From the NCBI RefSeq assembly GCF_006345805.1, contig NC_042998.1, positions 78,988,001-79,052,000 on the forward strand: DNA of 64,000 nt, read 5' to 3'. Shown here piece after piece: positions 1-12,990 of this stretch. The position numbers were made by a program, and so were the translations under genes. Positions within the stretch are counted from its first letter, which is position 1, and each line of letters begins with the position of its first letter. The stretch is from Octopus sinensis. Its lineage: Eukaryota. The notes under the pieces are model-generated. The model ran no database searches. It had not been told where the DNA came from and was given only the letters and a program-made list of their open reading frames with translations.

Positions 1-1486
1 TCCTTTTTCTGTTTCGGTACATTAAACTTGTCGTGCATTAACTGAACTTATTTTTTCGCATAAATAAGATTGGTTGTACGAATCTGATTATTACTACTTT
101 CTATATTCAAGACACTGTACTGCTAACCATTCTCATTAAATCAAATCAGGCTTTTTAAATAAGTAAGGAACATTTTATATTGTTATACAGTTAACTAAAA
201 GTTATTGGTGAGCCTGAGAGACGATCTTCCGTTGTATATACATATAACAAATAGCAAAGTAAAAGGAAAACAGCGGCCAAGTCATTACACGGTAAACCAG
301 TTTTCCTTTCGTTGATTCCAGTGATGCGACGTTGCATACGGCATACGAATAGGAAGAACATGGAGTTTCATCAAAAGTAAATGACTTCAGATAATCTCTA
401 TCCAACTTGAAGAGTTACATGAGATTATTTTCTAAGATATATGATATGAGAGAACTTTCATCGAAATCAAGACTGATTTACCGTAGAAATGTTTCATAAT
501 TGATTTCCGTTCACTTTATTGTCCGGCATTATATGTACATTAAACGAAAGATTACTGCACAAGTCTTATTTTAAAACTCGGTTTCGCTCTGAAATCAGTC
601 ACGTTGCTAATAATAATAATTTTTTTAAAAGGCATGCACGTTATAATTTCTTGTTTGCAATAAACCCGAGGGATCGACTGGCGGGGTCTAGTACCAAAAA
701 AAAAAAAAAAATATCCAGTATTATTCGTGTGCCTGTGTGTGTGTGTGTGTGCGCATAAGAATGTTAATATCGTATGTCTTCTGTTCACACATACAACTGT
801 CGTTCATTCCGTTCAAAAGAATTTAGAAGCTCAGTTAATATGGTACAGGAAAACACATGTCTATTATGTTTAACTGCTTAATTAACAAGGTCAAACCGAC
901 TGATGATTTTGCTTGTGCACGCGTAGGAGAGGGATAAAGAGAAGGGATGCCGTGTGTCTGTTGTGTACACACATGAACGTTGCATCACAGAGCAGCGAGC
1001 GGGACGCGATATCGAGGCAGTCAGTAATGAGGCAGGCCCAATAATGCCTTTTCAGTATTTAATTACATCCGTTTGCTTTCTGAATTCTTGCCGAAGTTGA
1101 CTTTGTCTTTCATCACCTAAGTACTGGGGTCAAACTAATAACTGCATCACTATCCCTTACATATTACGCTGTTCGTTGTGCTCTTATGTTTATGTTCAGA
1201 AATCTTCGTTATTGTTGTTAGACGGGTAGACAGTAAGATTTGATGCAACAGCGAACAAAATATTTAGCAGTATTTTAGCCGTGGCTCCTTTACATTTATT
1301 GGTTGCTCAAATCTTGTTGATAGAAATAAAGTACTGGGTGAATAATAACTAGAGTTAATCTTATCAACTACATCTTCCCTCAAAATATAGGACTGTGTTT
1401 AGCTTGTATCGCTGATGGAAATCAATATCGTTGGCGTAACTTCGGTATAGGTACCGGAAGTACCGGATACATTTCAAGAAAGTGGG

Positions 1487-1566
<80 letters not shown>

Positions 1567-2300
1567 GGGGGTAGGGTTAGGGGTGGAAGAAAAGCGTTTC
1601 TGTTATCTTCAGAAATGTAAACAAAGCCACTTTCGGTATTTACGGTACCTATACCGAAGGATCGCCATATCGTTTTATTCACGAAGTTGGTGTGTGACTG
1701 TTGACACCTATCACTCACTCACGGTTTCTTTTTAATTAATTAATTAATAATCCCAGTAGAAATAGCTGTAGATTTCCAGCGGTACTTCTGACCAATTAGT
1801 TCAGTCGATCTAAGGGAGTCAACTCTTGTTGTACTCATATCATCCTCCGTTGCTTAAAGCTCGAAAATTTTGCTTGCTGATGAAAACAAAACGAGTAAAG
1901 CTGAATGACACACTCTTGCACTGGAAACATAATAAGGGTGGAGTAGGGAGGCGGGGACATTTCATTTTAACGGTGCGTTATGAAAATTGTGTCTTTCCAA
2001 TGATTATCATTGTAAAAGAATTTGGCTTCTAGAAATAGCAGCCAAATCGATTTCTGATAAATAACAAAGTGTATTTATCCAGAATTACGTTATTTAAAGC
2101 AGGCATGTGACTAAAGGTATTCAAACCATCCGTATGCTTTTCTTTCTTTTATTCATTTTTTTCTTCCACGGCACTTTGAATAACGTAGTCCTCGATAAAT
2201 CCACGATATTTGAAAAGAAAAAAAAAATTAGGCCACATTTGAAACGGCTTTAGTCGGCGCATATGTGGCTTAGCACACTATATGATGTTCAGTTTTCTAT
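1..2300. promoter_or_regulatory. CpG-retaining region; candidate promoter / non-coding first exon region
   Basis: By eye, CG dinucleotides are much more frequent here than in the CpG-depleted sequence downstream. The exon at 10508 has an acceptor, so an upstream exon is required. No TSS can be pinpointed. Confidence 0.4.
1440..1659. mobile_element. MITE-like element with 17-bp terminal inverted repeats and internal (TA)n
   Basis: CTTCGGTATAGGTACCG (1440-1456) and its exact reverse complement CGGTACCTATACCGAAG (1643-1659). No clear TSD. Confidence 0.55.
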
Positions 2301-3079
2301 AGCATATATATATAAGGAAAGCAACAATATTTATTATTTTCTGATTTAGGCACAAGGCCAGCAGTTTTGAGATGAAATGGGTTAGTAGATAGCATTAGCT
2401 CCAATACTTAACTGGAACCTTACTTTATCTATCGACTCTTCGGAGGATAAACAGCTAAGTTGATTGCAATAGGATTTGAACTCAAAATGTAAAGAATTGG
2501 AACAAGTACTGCAAAGCAATCTTTTTAATGGTATAATGATTCCGCTACCATGCCTCCTAAAGTTTGGCTGGTTCTTTATTTTATCAACCCAGAAGGATGG
2601 ATGGCAAATTTAATCTCAGTAAGATATGGATTCAAAGAGCTAGAACAAACACAGCAATGCATTTTGTCAGACACTCTCATGATTCTTACAATCCACTGTC
2701 CATAATAATAATAAATTTTGTTACAAGGGCAGCAATTTTGGGAGAGGAGATGAGTTCATTACATCAACACCAGTCTTCTACTGGTACTTATTTTACTGAC
2801 CTCCAAAAGGATGAAAGGCAGAGTCGACCTCGGCGGAATTTGAACTTAGAACATAGTGACAAGCAAAATACCACTAAGCATTTCACCTGGCATGTTAACC
2901 ATTCTGCTAGCTCGCTACCTTTACAATAATCCTTTCTACTATAGGCAGAAGGCCTGAAATTTGGGAGAGGGGGCTAGTCAATTATTACATTGATCCAGTA
3001 CGCAGCTGGTACTTAATTATCGACCCTGAAAGGATGGCCACCTTTATAATAATAATTTCTTTATTAGTAATAATAAAAA

Positions 3080-4170
3080 TCCTTCACAGAAGCCATTGGC
3101 ACCTGTGCCCACACCTTGAGGAACACTGCCTCCAGTTCCACACAAGCTGTTGGCCTTGGGACCACCTGGTTCAGCTGTCTCTGGATTTCACCCCACAGGT
3201 GTTCATTTGGGTTTAAATCTGGGTTGAGAGCTGGCTACAGCATGGTTCTGATATTGTGCTAACGCAGGAAGTCCATAGTGACCCTGGCCTATAGGAGGCA
3301 GCGTTCCCTCTGCCAGCCCCAGCATTTTAGTAGACATGGGGCCCGATTCTCTAATTCAGGCCTATAGCTCCCCACATCATGATGCTTTGGCCACCCCACA
3401 TGTCTCTCTCCATGACACATGTGTCTCTGTAGTGTTCACCCCTCCTATGCTACACCGTCACTCTGCCATCCAAGGTGAAAACACAGTCCAGGCTCTCATC
3501 AGAGAATACTATTGACCTCCACTGTTGATGCCACCAATGTCGGTGCTGTGTAGCCTACTATAGTCATTCCTGGTGGTGGCAGGATGACGGCAATGCAGGT
3601 CGTTGGTGGCCAGTTGACGTTGTACCGTGTCGTCGCCGATGGGTTGCTGTCCAGTGTCAATAGTCTCATGAGCTGTCACACTGACCAGTCTGAAGCGATT
3701 ATGGAGGTGTTGCCGGTGAAGGAAGCGATCCTGCCTGGGTGTGGACACCTGGGGTGCCCTCTGTGGACATGGTCTGCAGTGCTTTTGGTGTCATTGTATC
3801 GCTGTTTGCAGGCTATAGATGGTGTTGAGATGGACATTGTAAGCTTTTGCAACAACCAGGGCATGCTGCCCTGCTTGCAATCATCCACTAGCTTTTTCTC
3901 TCTGCACTGCTGTCAATCGAGTCATACCTGATGCATCCAAATTATGAATCCCAGAAATGCAGTTCAAGTTGACCTTTATACCCATAACCTCCATGAGATG
4001 CACAAGCATTTCCAGTTTTCATGACAATTGTTTGCGACTGCCACCCACAGGACTCACCCATAAACCAGCATGTCTTGAAATATTTACACTTACATCCCTG
4101 AAATAAATTTACAGAATTTACTATATAAAAATGATATTTGAAAAAATCCCGTTTCTTTTGCAGTTCAGTG
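3080..4170 (-). mobile_element. Decayed Tc1-like DNA transposon (3' end truncated)
   Basis: Minus strand encodes TPRQDRFL-like HTH fragments (ORFs 3676..3888, 3509..3748) and PALNPDLNPNEHLWGEIQRQL (Tc1 SPDLNPIEHLW motif) near 3150-3235. 5' end TA|CACTGAACTGCAAAAGAAACG at 4170. Frameshifted. Confidence 0.85.
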
Positions 4171-6560
4171 TAATTCTAGAAATATAATAATAAGGGCTCT
4201 AATGAATAGTGCCACATGCTAGAAATAGATACGAAATAGCTCTAAGAACTACTTATATATATGAGATTGAAAATGCATTAGTAATTCCAAGTAAATCAGT
4301 TGGGTGTCTTTCTTTTGGACATGGTCTTGGATGTTTATGTGTGTAGCAGCAGCAGCAGCATAGTCACAGATATCAGAGCAGTAATCCATTGTAGATATAT
4401 CACTTGACCTTTGTAAAGAGTCAGCAATTGGAATACAGCGTTTGATATGTTGTGATATGTAAGATCAAGAAAGATTGCCAGTGATTGTGAGGAGAAACAC
4501 TTTTCACGCCTGTCCTACACACACTGTTAATTCATCCTGGATATTAGTAATTCATCAAACATCCACTACAAAGCTCTGTTTTTATAAATTCTACATGATT
4601 TTTTTCTACATTAAACCATGTTTAACATAATTCTGTATATCAGTTGGTAACGTTATTCCAGGAGCTATGAGATGGTCAAGACTGGGTGCATACTTCGCTA
4701 GCTGTAGAATCACTGCCAGATCAGACTGGAGCCTGGTGCAGCCTCCTGGCTTCCAGACCCCAGTCGAACCATCCAACCCGTGCTAGCATGGAAAACGGAC
4801 TTTAAACGATGATGATGATGAAGTTTTTTACTTTCTCAAACACACATTCACTCCCAGTGCTCATTACCATGGGCAAGCTTCTCTACCAAAACCTATAGTT
4901 GACCAATACCTTCTGAGTACAACTTGGTAGGTGGAAATTGTGTTGAAGCCCAACATGTGTATGTATATATATATGTGTGTGTGTTTATTGGTGAAGGATG
5001 TATACACCAATGAGAAAACTGAGAAAGTGATGGTTTTAGGAAAAAAGTCCATTGCAACATTTGTTCTGTACAGAATTATGTGTGGCTGGAGATGAGTTTC
5101 TCATATAGAGTATTCAAAACTATTGTATGTATGGCTAAAAGCTTGGTTGTAAATTAGTCAACCATCTAGCTGTGAATAGATATAATATGGAGATAAATCT
5201 ATATAAGGCTACAAACTGACAGAATTGTTAGCATGCTGGACAAAACACTTAGCAGTATTTTGTTTATCGCTACATTTTGAGTTCAAATTCTACCAAAGTT
5301 GACTTTGCCTTTCATACTTTTCGGGGTTGATAAATTAAGTACCAGTGAAACACTGGGGTCAATGTAATGACTAGTCCCCTTCCTCAAAATTTCAGGCCTT
5401 GTGCCTTTAGTAGAAAGGATATGGAACAAAGCAGAATTGATTTCTTTCACAAACTTATGGTCACAAACTTTATGGCTAGTACTTACTGTATTGACTATGA
5501 ATAGAGGAATGGTAAAGTGGAACACACTGCATGAATGAAAATAACTGCCATCTACCATTCATGTCCTAGAGTTGTTATTGGTGTTAGTGTCAATAGTGAA
5601 CACCATGTAACTGACAAATTTTTTGCTAACTTGCAATGCAGACCTCAAAATACTCCCCTGTGATGTAGTTTGGAGAAGGATGGAATCTATCAGATCAACT
5701 TGACTCAGGTGCACATTACCATGGAGACTAAGTTCCAACCATCCACTTTATTACAAGACTCACTCCCACCATCATAACACTGTCTACTGTTTCATACCAT
5801 GAACAACCATTGACCAATATCAACTGTTGGTGAAGTGATCTGGTGTTTACCAGTAAGTCAATACCAGCTGTTATCAGCAACCAGTTTACTGTTTATTTAC
5901 TAAGAGTTGATATTAATACCAGCAACAGCCATCTGTTCTTGTTATAAAACTATTGAACCATCAATCTAAAGATTAATGTCCAGCAAGTGTGGTTATAGAA
6001 TTGTTTATTGCAACCTTCACAATTACCAATACAATTCCAGCTTTAAATTCATCTTGTTACCATGGAGAAACACATTTTATGTAAATTGCTAAAAGTCTAA
6101 TTTACTCTCACTTTCTCTTTCTCTCTCACATTTTCTTATTACTTTACTTCATTTCCCTACCTTTCTGTCAATTTTTCTTTCTTTTCCAGTGTGTGTGTGA
6201 GCGTGTGCATACATGAGGGGAGATTTGTGTGTCCTTTATTTCCCACTTTCACTCATCTTTGTCTGTCTCACTATCTTTGTTATCTATTGATGCCTCTAGA
6301 GCTCTTCTTTATTCTTACTATCTACCAAGGTATGCTACTACCCTACTTACTAATACCTCACACAGTTATTGTAATTTATTTACTTATAATACTCCACATT
6401 GCCACCATCACTGCTCTATCTAACCCTAATACCATTACTATCATCATCACAGCATACAACAACTAACGCTACCTCCAAAACCACCACAAGTTGGAACCTC
6501 TTTATGTATGCTTTACTTGCTAGAAATACCAATTAAACTCCCCTTGAAATACACAATACC

Positions 6561-6783
6561 TATTTCTTTACTACCCACAAGGGGCTAAACACAGGGAGGA
6601 CAAATAAACGGATTGAGTCGATTATATCGACCTCAGTGCGTAACTGGTACTTATTTAATCGACCCCGAAAGGATGAAAGGCAAAGTTGACCCCGGCGAAA
6701 TTTGAACTCATAACATAGCAGCAGACGAAACACCGCTAAGCATTTCGCCTGGTGTGCTAACGTTTCTGCCAGTTCACCGCCTT
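6561..6783 (-). mobile_element. SINE-like family B copy (other copies near 2340-2560, 2720-2925, 5215-5420, 8640-8835, 42780-42990, 59330-59600, 60531-60725, 61195-61385)
   Basis: Recurrent motif GAGTTCAAATTC...GACTTTGCCTTTCATCCTTTCGGGGTCGATAAATTAAGTACCAG in many copies on both strands; GAGTTCAAAT resembles a Pol III B-box. Confidence 0.8.
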
Positions 6784-9161
6784 ACAATACCATCTTAGAA
6801 TTGTACTTTGGATAATATAGTCCTGACTTCTCTACACTTCAGAAAAGACAGAATGGCCTTAGCTGAACTATCTTTGATCATAAATCTACTCAATCAGAAC
6901 TGCCCCATTCAACACACCCACTTTTAAATTATTCACTGTCAAAGCAAATAGTTTCAAAAGTATCTTAATTTATAGATTATGCATGTGTATACATGCGTGT
7001 ATTTGAACATACTGATTGGGTACATGTATCAGTGTGTTTAAGTATGCTTATTAGTGTGTGTGTGTGTTTTGGTGTCTCAAAACATGTTATTGTTTTTGTG
7101 TATTGTATTTACGTCTCCAAGTTTTTACTTGCATACGGTGTGAAGCTGAACTTTATACCTGTTGATGTATATATGTATAGGGCGTCTCTATGAAACTATG
7201 ACTGCTATTATGATGCCATCCTACTGATATAAATCAGAGTAATGATTAAAGCTCTGATTTATATCCTCCTTAGTAGCTGGTTACTGATGCTATGTTTCAG
7301 TGTATATGAGCCATTATGATTAGTGATAAGGATGTCAGTCCACATTGACTGCTAGGACCATTGCCATGGTGTCAGCTTACTGTAGCAATTAGGACTGATG
7401 CTATAATGTAAGTCCACCCTAGCAAATAACTATAACTACAACTCAGGTTATGATATTGGGTAACTGCATCTCATATGATCGATGATACTATTATGTTGGT
7501 TCACTAAAGTCACTGAAGCCAATGAAGAAATCTCTATACATCTGTTGGAAATAGCAGCCAAGTTTCTCAGAAGCCATAGCATATCATTTGGATAATGGGC
7601 ACACTATTCCTGGAGGAAATTGAAGGTCAGAACACCCTAGACATCTGGCCTAATATCTTTTATCTCCAGTATTCCGAAATGTTCTTCTTCACTACAATAA
7701 CATCGATGATTGACATTGCTGTTCTTCTAATTATTGCTGTTTGTTGACATTACTAGTGCTTTTGTTGAGTAGATTTGGTCACTCTGTCTTACTATTGCAG
7801 AGAAAGTTGATCAGATAAATCATATCAATAATGTTTTTCTGCCTGTCTATCCTATCTTTATTGTAAAGTATGGCATTTTAAAATCTCACACATAAAAAAA
7901 ATGGTGTGGATTTGCTATGGCGGCTACACTGAACAAAATTTCTCACATTAGCTTTGTTGTTAATGGTCTCTACTATTAGTAAAATTATATAGTGATCAAT
8001 TTCTCTACATTGACATGGGAAATGTAAGTTTTGCAAACTGCAGCCAAAGTAACCCATCTAAGAGAGCACAGACATCTCTGGTGCAGATGGCACAATAAAT
8101 TGTCTTCAGTTTATGCTTTAAAGTAGCTGGTGATAGGAAGGATTTTCAACTGTAAAATCCAAGCCAAAAACAAAAAAAAAAGAAGTAATCAATGGTGGAA
8201 ATGTGGACTGTGTTGGCAGCAGTGTTAGCAACCAGTCTAGAAGATCAGTAATCTGTAACTTCAAGCAAAAACTGATTATGTGTAGCATCAGTGGCTTGAT
8301 GAAATGCAGTCAGTTTTGTGTTGTAAAGTGTTTGGTAAGGAAAGAGCATCCAGTTATAAAAATCAGATCAAAAGAAAACATGGTAATTTTATCTGTTGCT
8401 GTAGATATCAGATGACAGGGAACTGTGACAAGAGCTGAGATGATTGGTCACCAATCTGACCCATGCAAGTGTGGAGAAGCAGATTTAAAATGTTGATTGA
8501 CATACATTCTTTTCTTTACTTTTTTTTTTCGTTAATGAAATATTTGAACATATATGTAGCTCAATTTTGGCCAACTAGCCATAAGAGCTGTTATAATGCT
8601 TATGCATTGAGACAAGCTAAAGTGGATTTAATTGTTCCTAATTTAGGCATAAAGTCAGTAATTTTGAGAGGAGGATATTAGTTGATACCACCAACCTCAT
8701 TATATGACTGGTACTTTATTTTATTGCCTCTAGTGGGATAAAAGGCAAAGTTGGTTTTTGCAGGATTTGAACTCAGAATGTAAAGAGCCAGAAGACATAC
8801 TGCAATGCTCTAATGATTTTCCTATTTCGCTATCTTAAAAGATGGATTTAATAGCTGAATAGAATTTGAATATTATATACATATTTTGATAGCATATACC
8901 AGGTGAGAAAGGGTTATTACATATTGACCAGCTGATATGTATTATTGCAAAAGATTATTTAATTAATGAGTTATTACATAGTGATCAACTGTTATTACAA
9001 GAAGTTTGTTTAATAGTTATTAGTGATCATCTGATATAAAATATTATAAGAGGTTATTCAATGGTTCTTACATAGAAATGAACTGATATATGATTCTGTG
9101 TTTTAAATAAAATAAAAACATTGAGAATTTTCCACCCTCACTGAGCCATACACTACACCTG

Positions 9162-9222
<61 letters not shown>

Positions 9223-9932
9223 TTCTCTCCCTTCTTCCCACTCCAGCTTATACAACTAGCCATCTCTTCTCCCTTATCATTCCCCTCTAATTGTATCATC
9301 ATTACTGTCCTGCTGCTATCCCCCTTTTACCCAATATTCTCTTTTGCATCCCTCTATCTTCCTCAACTCCTGCATCAGTGTTCATTCTCCACCCCTTATT
9401 CATTTTTCGAATCTACTCAGTTTTTACATTGTTACCTAACTTTCTTCCCCTCTCCTATGCCACCATCTCTTACTCCCTCATACACTTTTGCAAACTCTCA
9501 CTCACCCACACTCCTAGTTCCTCTGTCCTCACTCACTTCCACTTACCTTGAAAAGATACCTAATCACCACTATGTATCTCTTTGCAACTACTACTGATTA
9601 TTCATTCTCCTGCTTCTAAATGTGAGCAGTTATGCAGATCCTCTACAATGAGAACCTTTTCTATTTCCTCTCTTCTCTCATGCTCTAACCCATTATCTCC
9701 CAACATAAAACCACCCAAATTCCCTACTGATGCATAACCTTGAAAACTGCATGGCAACCTCACTAGTGCCTGTGGCATGAAAAAAAGTACTTGGTACACT
9801 CTGTAGAGTGGTTGGCATTAAGAAGGGCATTCAGCTGTAGAAACCATAACAAAGCTGACTTTTGAGCACAGTGCACTCCTTGGACCCATTGGATCCTCTC
9901 AAGCTGTCCAACCCATGCTAATAATGATTTAT

Positions 9933-9982
<50 letters not shown>

Positions 9983-9983
<1 letters not shown>

Positions 9984-10159
9984 TCTTACTCTTTACTCTT
10001 TTACTTGTTTCAGTCATTTGACTGTGGCCATGCTGGAGCACCGCCTTTAGTCGAGTGAATTGTAAGCCTAGTACTTATTCTATCGGTCTCTTTTGCTGAA
10101 CCGCTAAGATGTAAACAACCCACCATCAGTTGTCAAGCAATGTTGGGGGACAAACATAG

Positions 10160-10197
<38 letters not shown>

Positions 10198-10381
10198 GTA
10201 TATGTACATTTACATATATACGACAGGCTTCTTTCAGTTTCCATCTACCAAATCCACTCACAAGGCTTTGGTCAGCCCAAAGCTATAGTAGAAGACACTT
10301 GCCCAAGATGCCATGCAGTGTGACTGAACCCGAAACCATGTGGTTGGTAAGCAAGCTACTTACCACACAGCCACTCCTACG

Positions 10382-10384
<3 letters not shown>
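9983..10384 (-). mobile_element. tRNA-derived SINE family A copy with internal CA/TA microsatellite
   Basis: Reverse complement of the family with A-box TGGCTGTGTGG, B-box GGTTCAGTC, core GGCACCTTGGGCAAGTGTCTTC and tail AAATGACTGAAACAAGTAAAAGA. Confidence 0.85.
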
Positions 10385-10421
<37 letters not shown>

Positions 10422-10551
10422 TTACATTGTTACTATTTACTGTTTATATGCCTATTGTTTTGTTGCTGGTATTCATCTTTTGAATTGTTTCTTTTTCTTT
10501 TTTGCAGATCTTCACGTATTAGTGTTGTATGAAACGGGTTTACTATGAAAA

Positions 10552-10659
10552 ATGACTACACGTACCGATACGTTGAAGCCAAATGGCACCTCCGAAGTGG
10601 GGACAACCTGCAAACAGAGCCCGGATATCATGGAGGAATCCTCCAACAGCATGCCCATG
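10552..10659 (+). CDS. Probable first coding exon (A/B domain) of NR1J/HR96-like nuclear receptor; exon 10508-10659
   Basis: Polypyrimidine tract + TTTGCAG acceptor ending at 10507 and donor ATG|GTAACT at 10660. ATG at 10552 gives MTTRTDTLKPNGTSEVGTTCKQSPDIMEESSNSMPM (36 codons), ending in phase 0, which matches the phase-0 start of the DBD exon. The segment is richer in GC/CpG than its flanks. The link across the ~36-kb intron is inferred. Confidence 0.65.
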
Positions 10660-11319
10660 GTAACTATATTGCTTTTTTCATTAACTTTGTTTTGTTTTGT
10701 TTTTTTTTGTTTTTTTTAATAAGAATTAGTTTTTGAACCAAATATATTTACCAGTCTCAACCCATCACACACACCAATACTTTATCCTACTCTCTCCAAT
10801 GATGCATATTAATCTAGTTCTTGCTTCTCAACTGGTTAAAAATATTTTATTAATATAATTAAAGACCAGTTCAATGTTTGTTGCTTTCGGGTTTTCTGCA
10901 CAGAATCTTTAGGTTAAAAGTTCTTCACCTATGACACCAAACCCAATCCTCTGCATGTGTGTATTTTTCATTATTTGATTTAATGAGCAAGAACAGTGAA
11001 TGTGACTTTTTGCAATCCCTTCCAAGCAGTGTTGATTGATATGACTGTTGCTGTCTAGCTTGAAATTCTTTAAATCTGTTGGTCACTATTTAGTGTAAGT
11101 TGAATATATTGAGAAAATGTTTTCGGGAGATGCAGTTTTGGGGTAAAATGATTACAACAGCAAGGATGAGTAGGATGTGGAGAGGTGCATGGTAAAAAAT
11201 TTTAAATTCCACAGAAAAAGAGACTGTTGGAATAGTAATACAAAATACAAGTGAACAATACAGAAACTTATTATGCTTGTGATTGTAGTGCTCTGGTAAG
11301 AGAATATTTGGTGACCTTC

Positions 11320-11670
11320 ATCATTGGTGACATACATCATCTCGAAAGAGTTTGGAAGCTGGCTACCTGCATGGTTCTTGGTCTCAAGCATTTGTCCTAT
11401 GAAGAAAGGCTGAAGACACTTGACCTTTATTCTCTCGATAAACGCCGCCTCCATGGTGATCTCATTCTCGCTCGCAACATCATAAGTGGAAAGTGTAACC
11501 TCTCGAAAGAGCTGTTCTTCACTCCTGCTCCAGAGTGTGGGCTGCGGGGTCACTCCAAAAAGCTCTATCTGCAACGATTTCATCTCAATCGAAGGAGAGG
11601 GGCTTTCTCATCCGGGTTGCGAATTCGTGGAATAAGCTGCCGGACGAGATAGTGAAGATGCCGACCCCTA
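11320..11670 (+). mobile_element. CR1-type LINE ORF2 3' fragment
   Basis: DIHHLERVWKLATCMVLGLKHLSYEERLKTLDLYSLDKRRLHGDLI...LRGHSKKL...(frameshift)RVANSWNKLP matches the CR1 ORF2 C-terminal consensus. Confidence 0.9.
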
Positions 11671-11750
11671 CATGGCCTTGCTTTTACTTTGTGAGCCCAA
11701 AAAATTTAATTAATTTTGCTTAGGCTAGAGGTGAAGGTAATACAGTGCTG

Positions 11751-11790
<40 letters not shown>

Positions 11791-11850
11791 TGCATCTGTA
11801 TGTATGGCTGAATGGGTGGATGGATGCCTCATGGTGTCAGTATTCTAAAG

Positions 11851-12036
11851 CAATGCTCTGCAACCAGTATATCACAGCACACTGGTGTTCCACAAGATGA
11901 TGCTAGGTATGCCACAGTGTAACCTGAATATAATTTTTTCCCCTCTACTTTTAGATATGTTTTTAGTTGAGGTGTGCTGTCAAATTTTGAAAAGAATATA
12001 TGTGTACCGCAAGGGGAAATAGGTTGCGGAGCACTG
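11851..12036. mobile_element. hAT (Charlie-like) MITE
   Basis: Imperfect TIRs CAATGCTCTGCAACC / GGTTGCGGAGCACTG, with a near-identical 8-bp TSD TTCTAAAG / CTCTAAAG. Confidence 0.75.
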
Positions 12037-12990
12037 CTCTAAAGGGAGATAAACCTACGACTTGAGGAAAGTCAGCAACTATTTTGATATAAAACCTTTT
12101 CATATTCTAATGTGAAAATCTATCCTTAAGAATACTGCTTTGTTAATATAATTATTGCATTGTTGCCATGAAAGGTCATCAGAGACTATAAGACACTATA
12201 GATTTAGTTATGTGGTGTTTATCAGTTAGGACGGGGTATTCTTTTTGTCATTGTTGGTTACCTCTAGTGCAGATCAACCAGATTTATGATTAAAAACATC
12301 CCATCTGTGACCATACTGTCTTTTTCCTGTATTTGTGGAGTTTGCTGTATTTGGATGACTCCTGTGGCCACAGAGACTAGGTAAATTGTTATATCCAGGA
12401 AGCTTAAATTTGACATAACACCTTCATACAGAGGCCAAATACATTGAAAATTGTTATAACCTGTTTCTTGAAAGTGTCATTATAGAGCATGAATCTGTCA
12501 TCCTTGTTCACACCCACATTCTGAGTATATACATACACTATATACACAGCATATATACATGTGTGTGTACTAGAGGGAATAAGGATTTAGGAAATTCAGA
12601 CAAATACCAAGTCAGCACTCCAAATGTATGGGCAAGAAAATCAGAAAAAGTATTCTGTAAATCCAAATGACATCGCAGAGAGACTGTAAATCCTAGGAAA
12701 AGTACTAATTTTGAAGCTGGTACATTCATCATAAAATATTTGTATTCTATATTTATGTTCTAAACAAACAAAAAGATTGAAGATGACAGTATTACATTTT
12801 TTAATCAGTGATGATTGTATCAATTATCAGTGGAATTTTTTTACATTAATCAACACAGTAGGTTATACATATTAATTAATGTTCATACAGTATTAAAGGA
12901 AAGTTCTACTGATTATTTCTTGGGATTTTGTTACAAAGATAGCATCAAACTAGATACTGGTTTTCATAGCAAAATTTAGTCTTTTAAATA

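Noticed and set aside
10545-10736. 63-aa ORF MKNDYTYRY... as the receptor N-terminus
   Set aside because: Spliced at the 10660 donor it is out of frame with the DBD exon and stops there; ATG 10552 gives the continuous frame.
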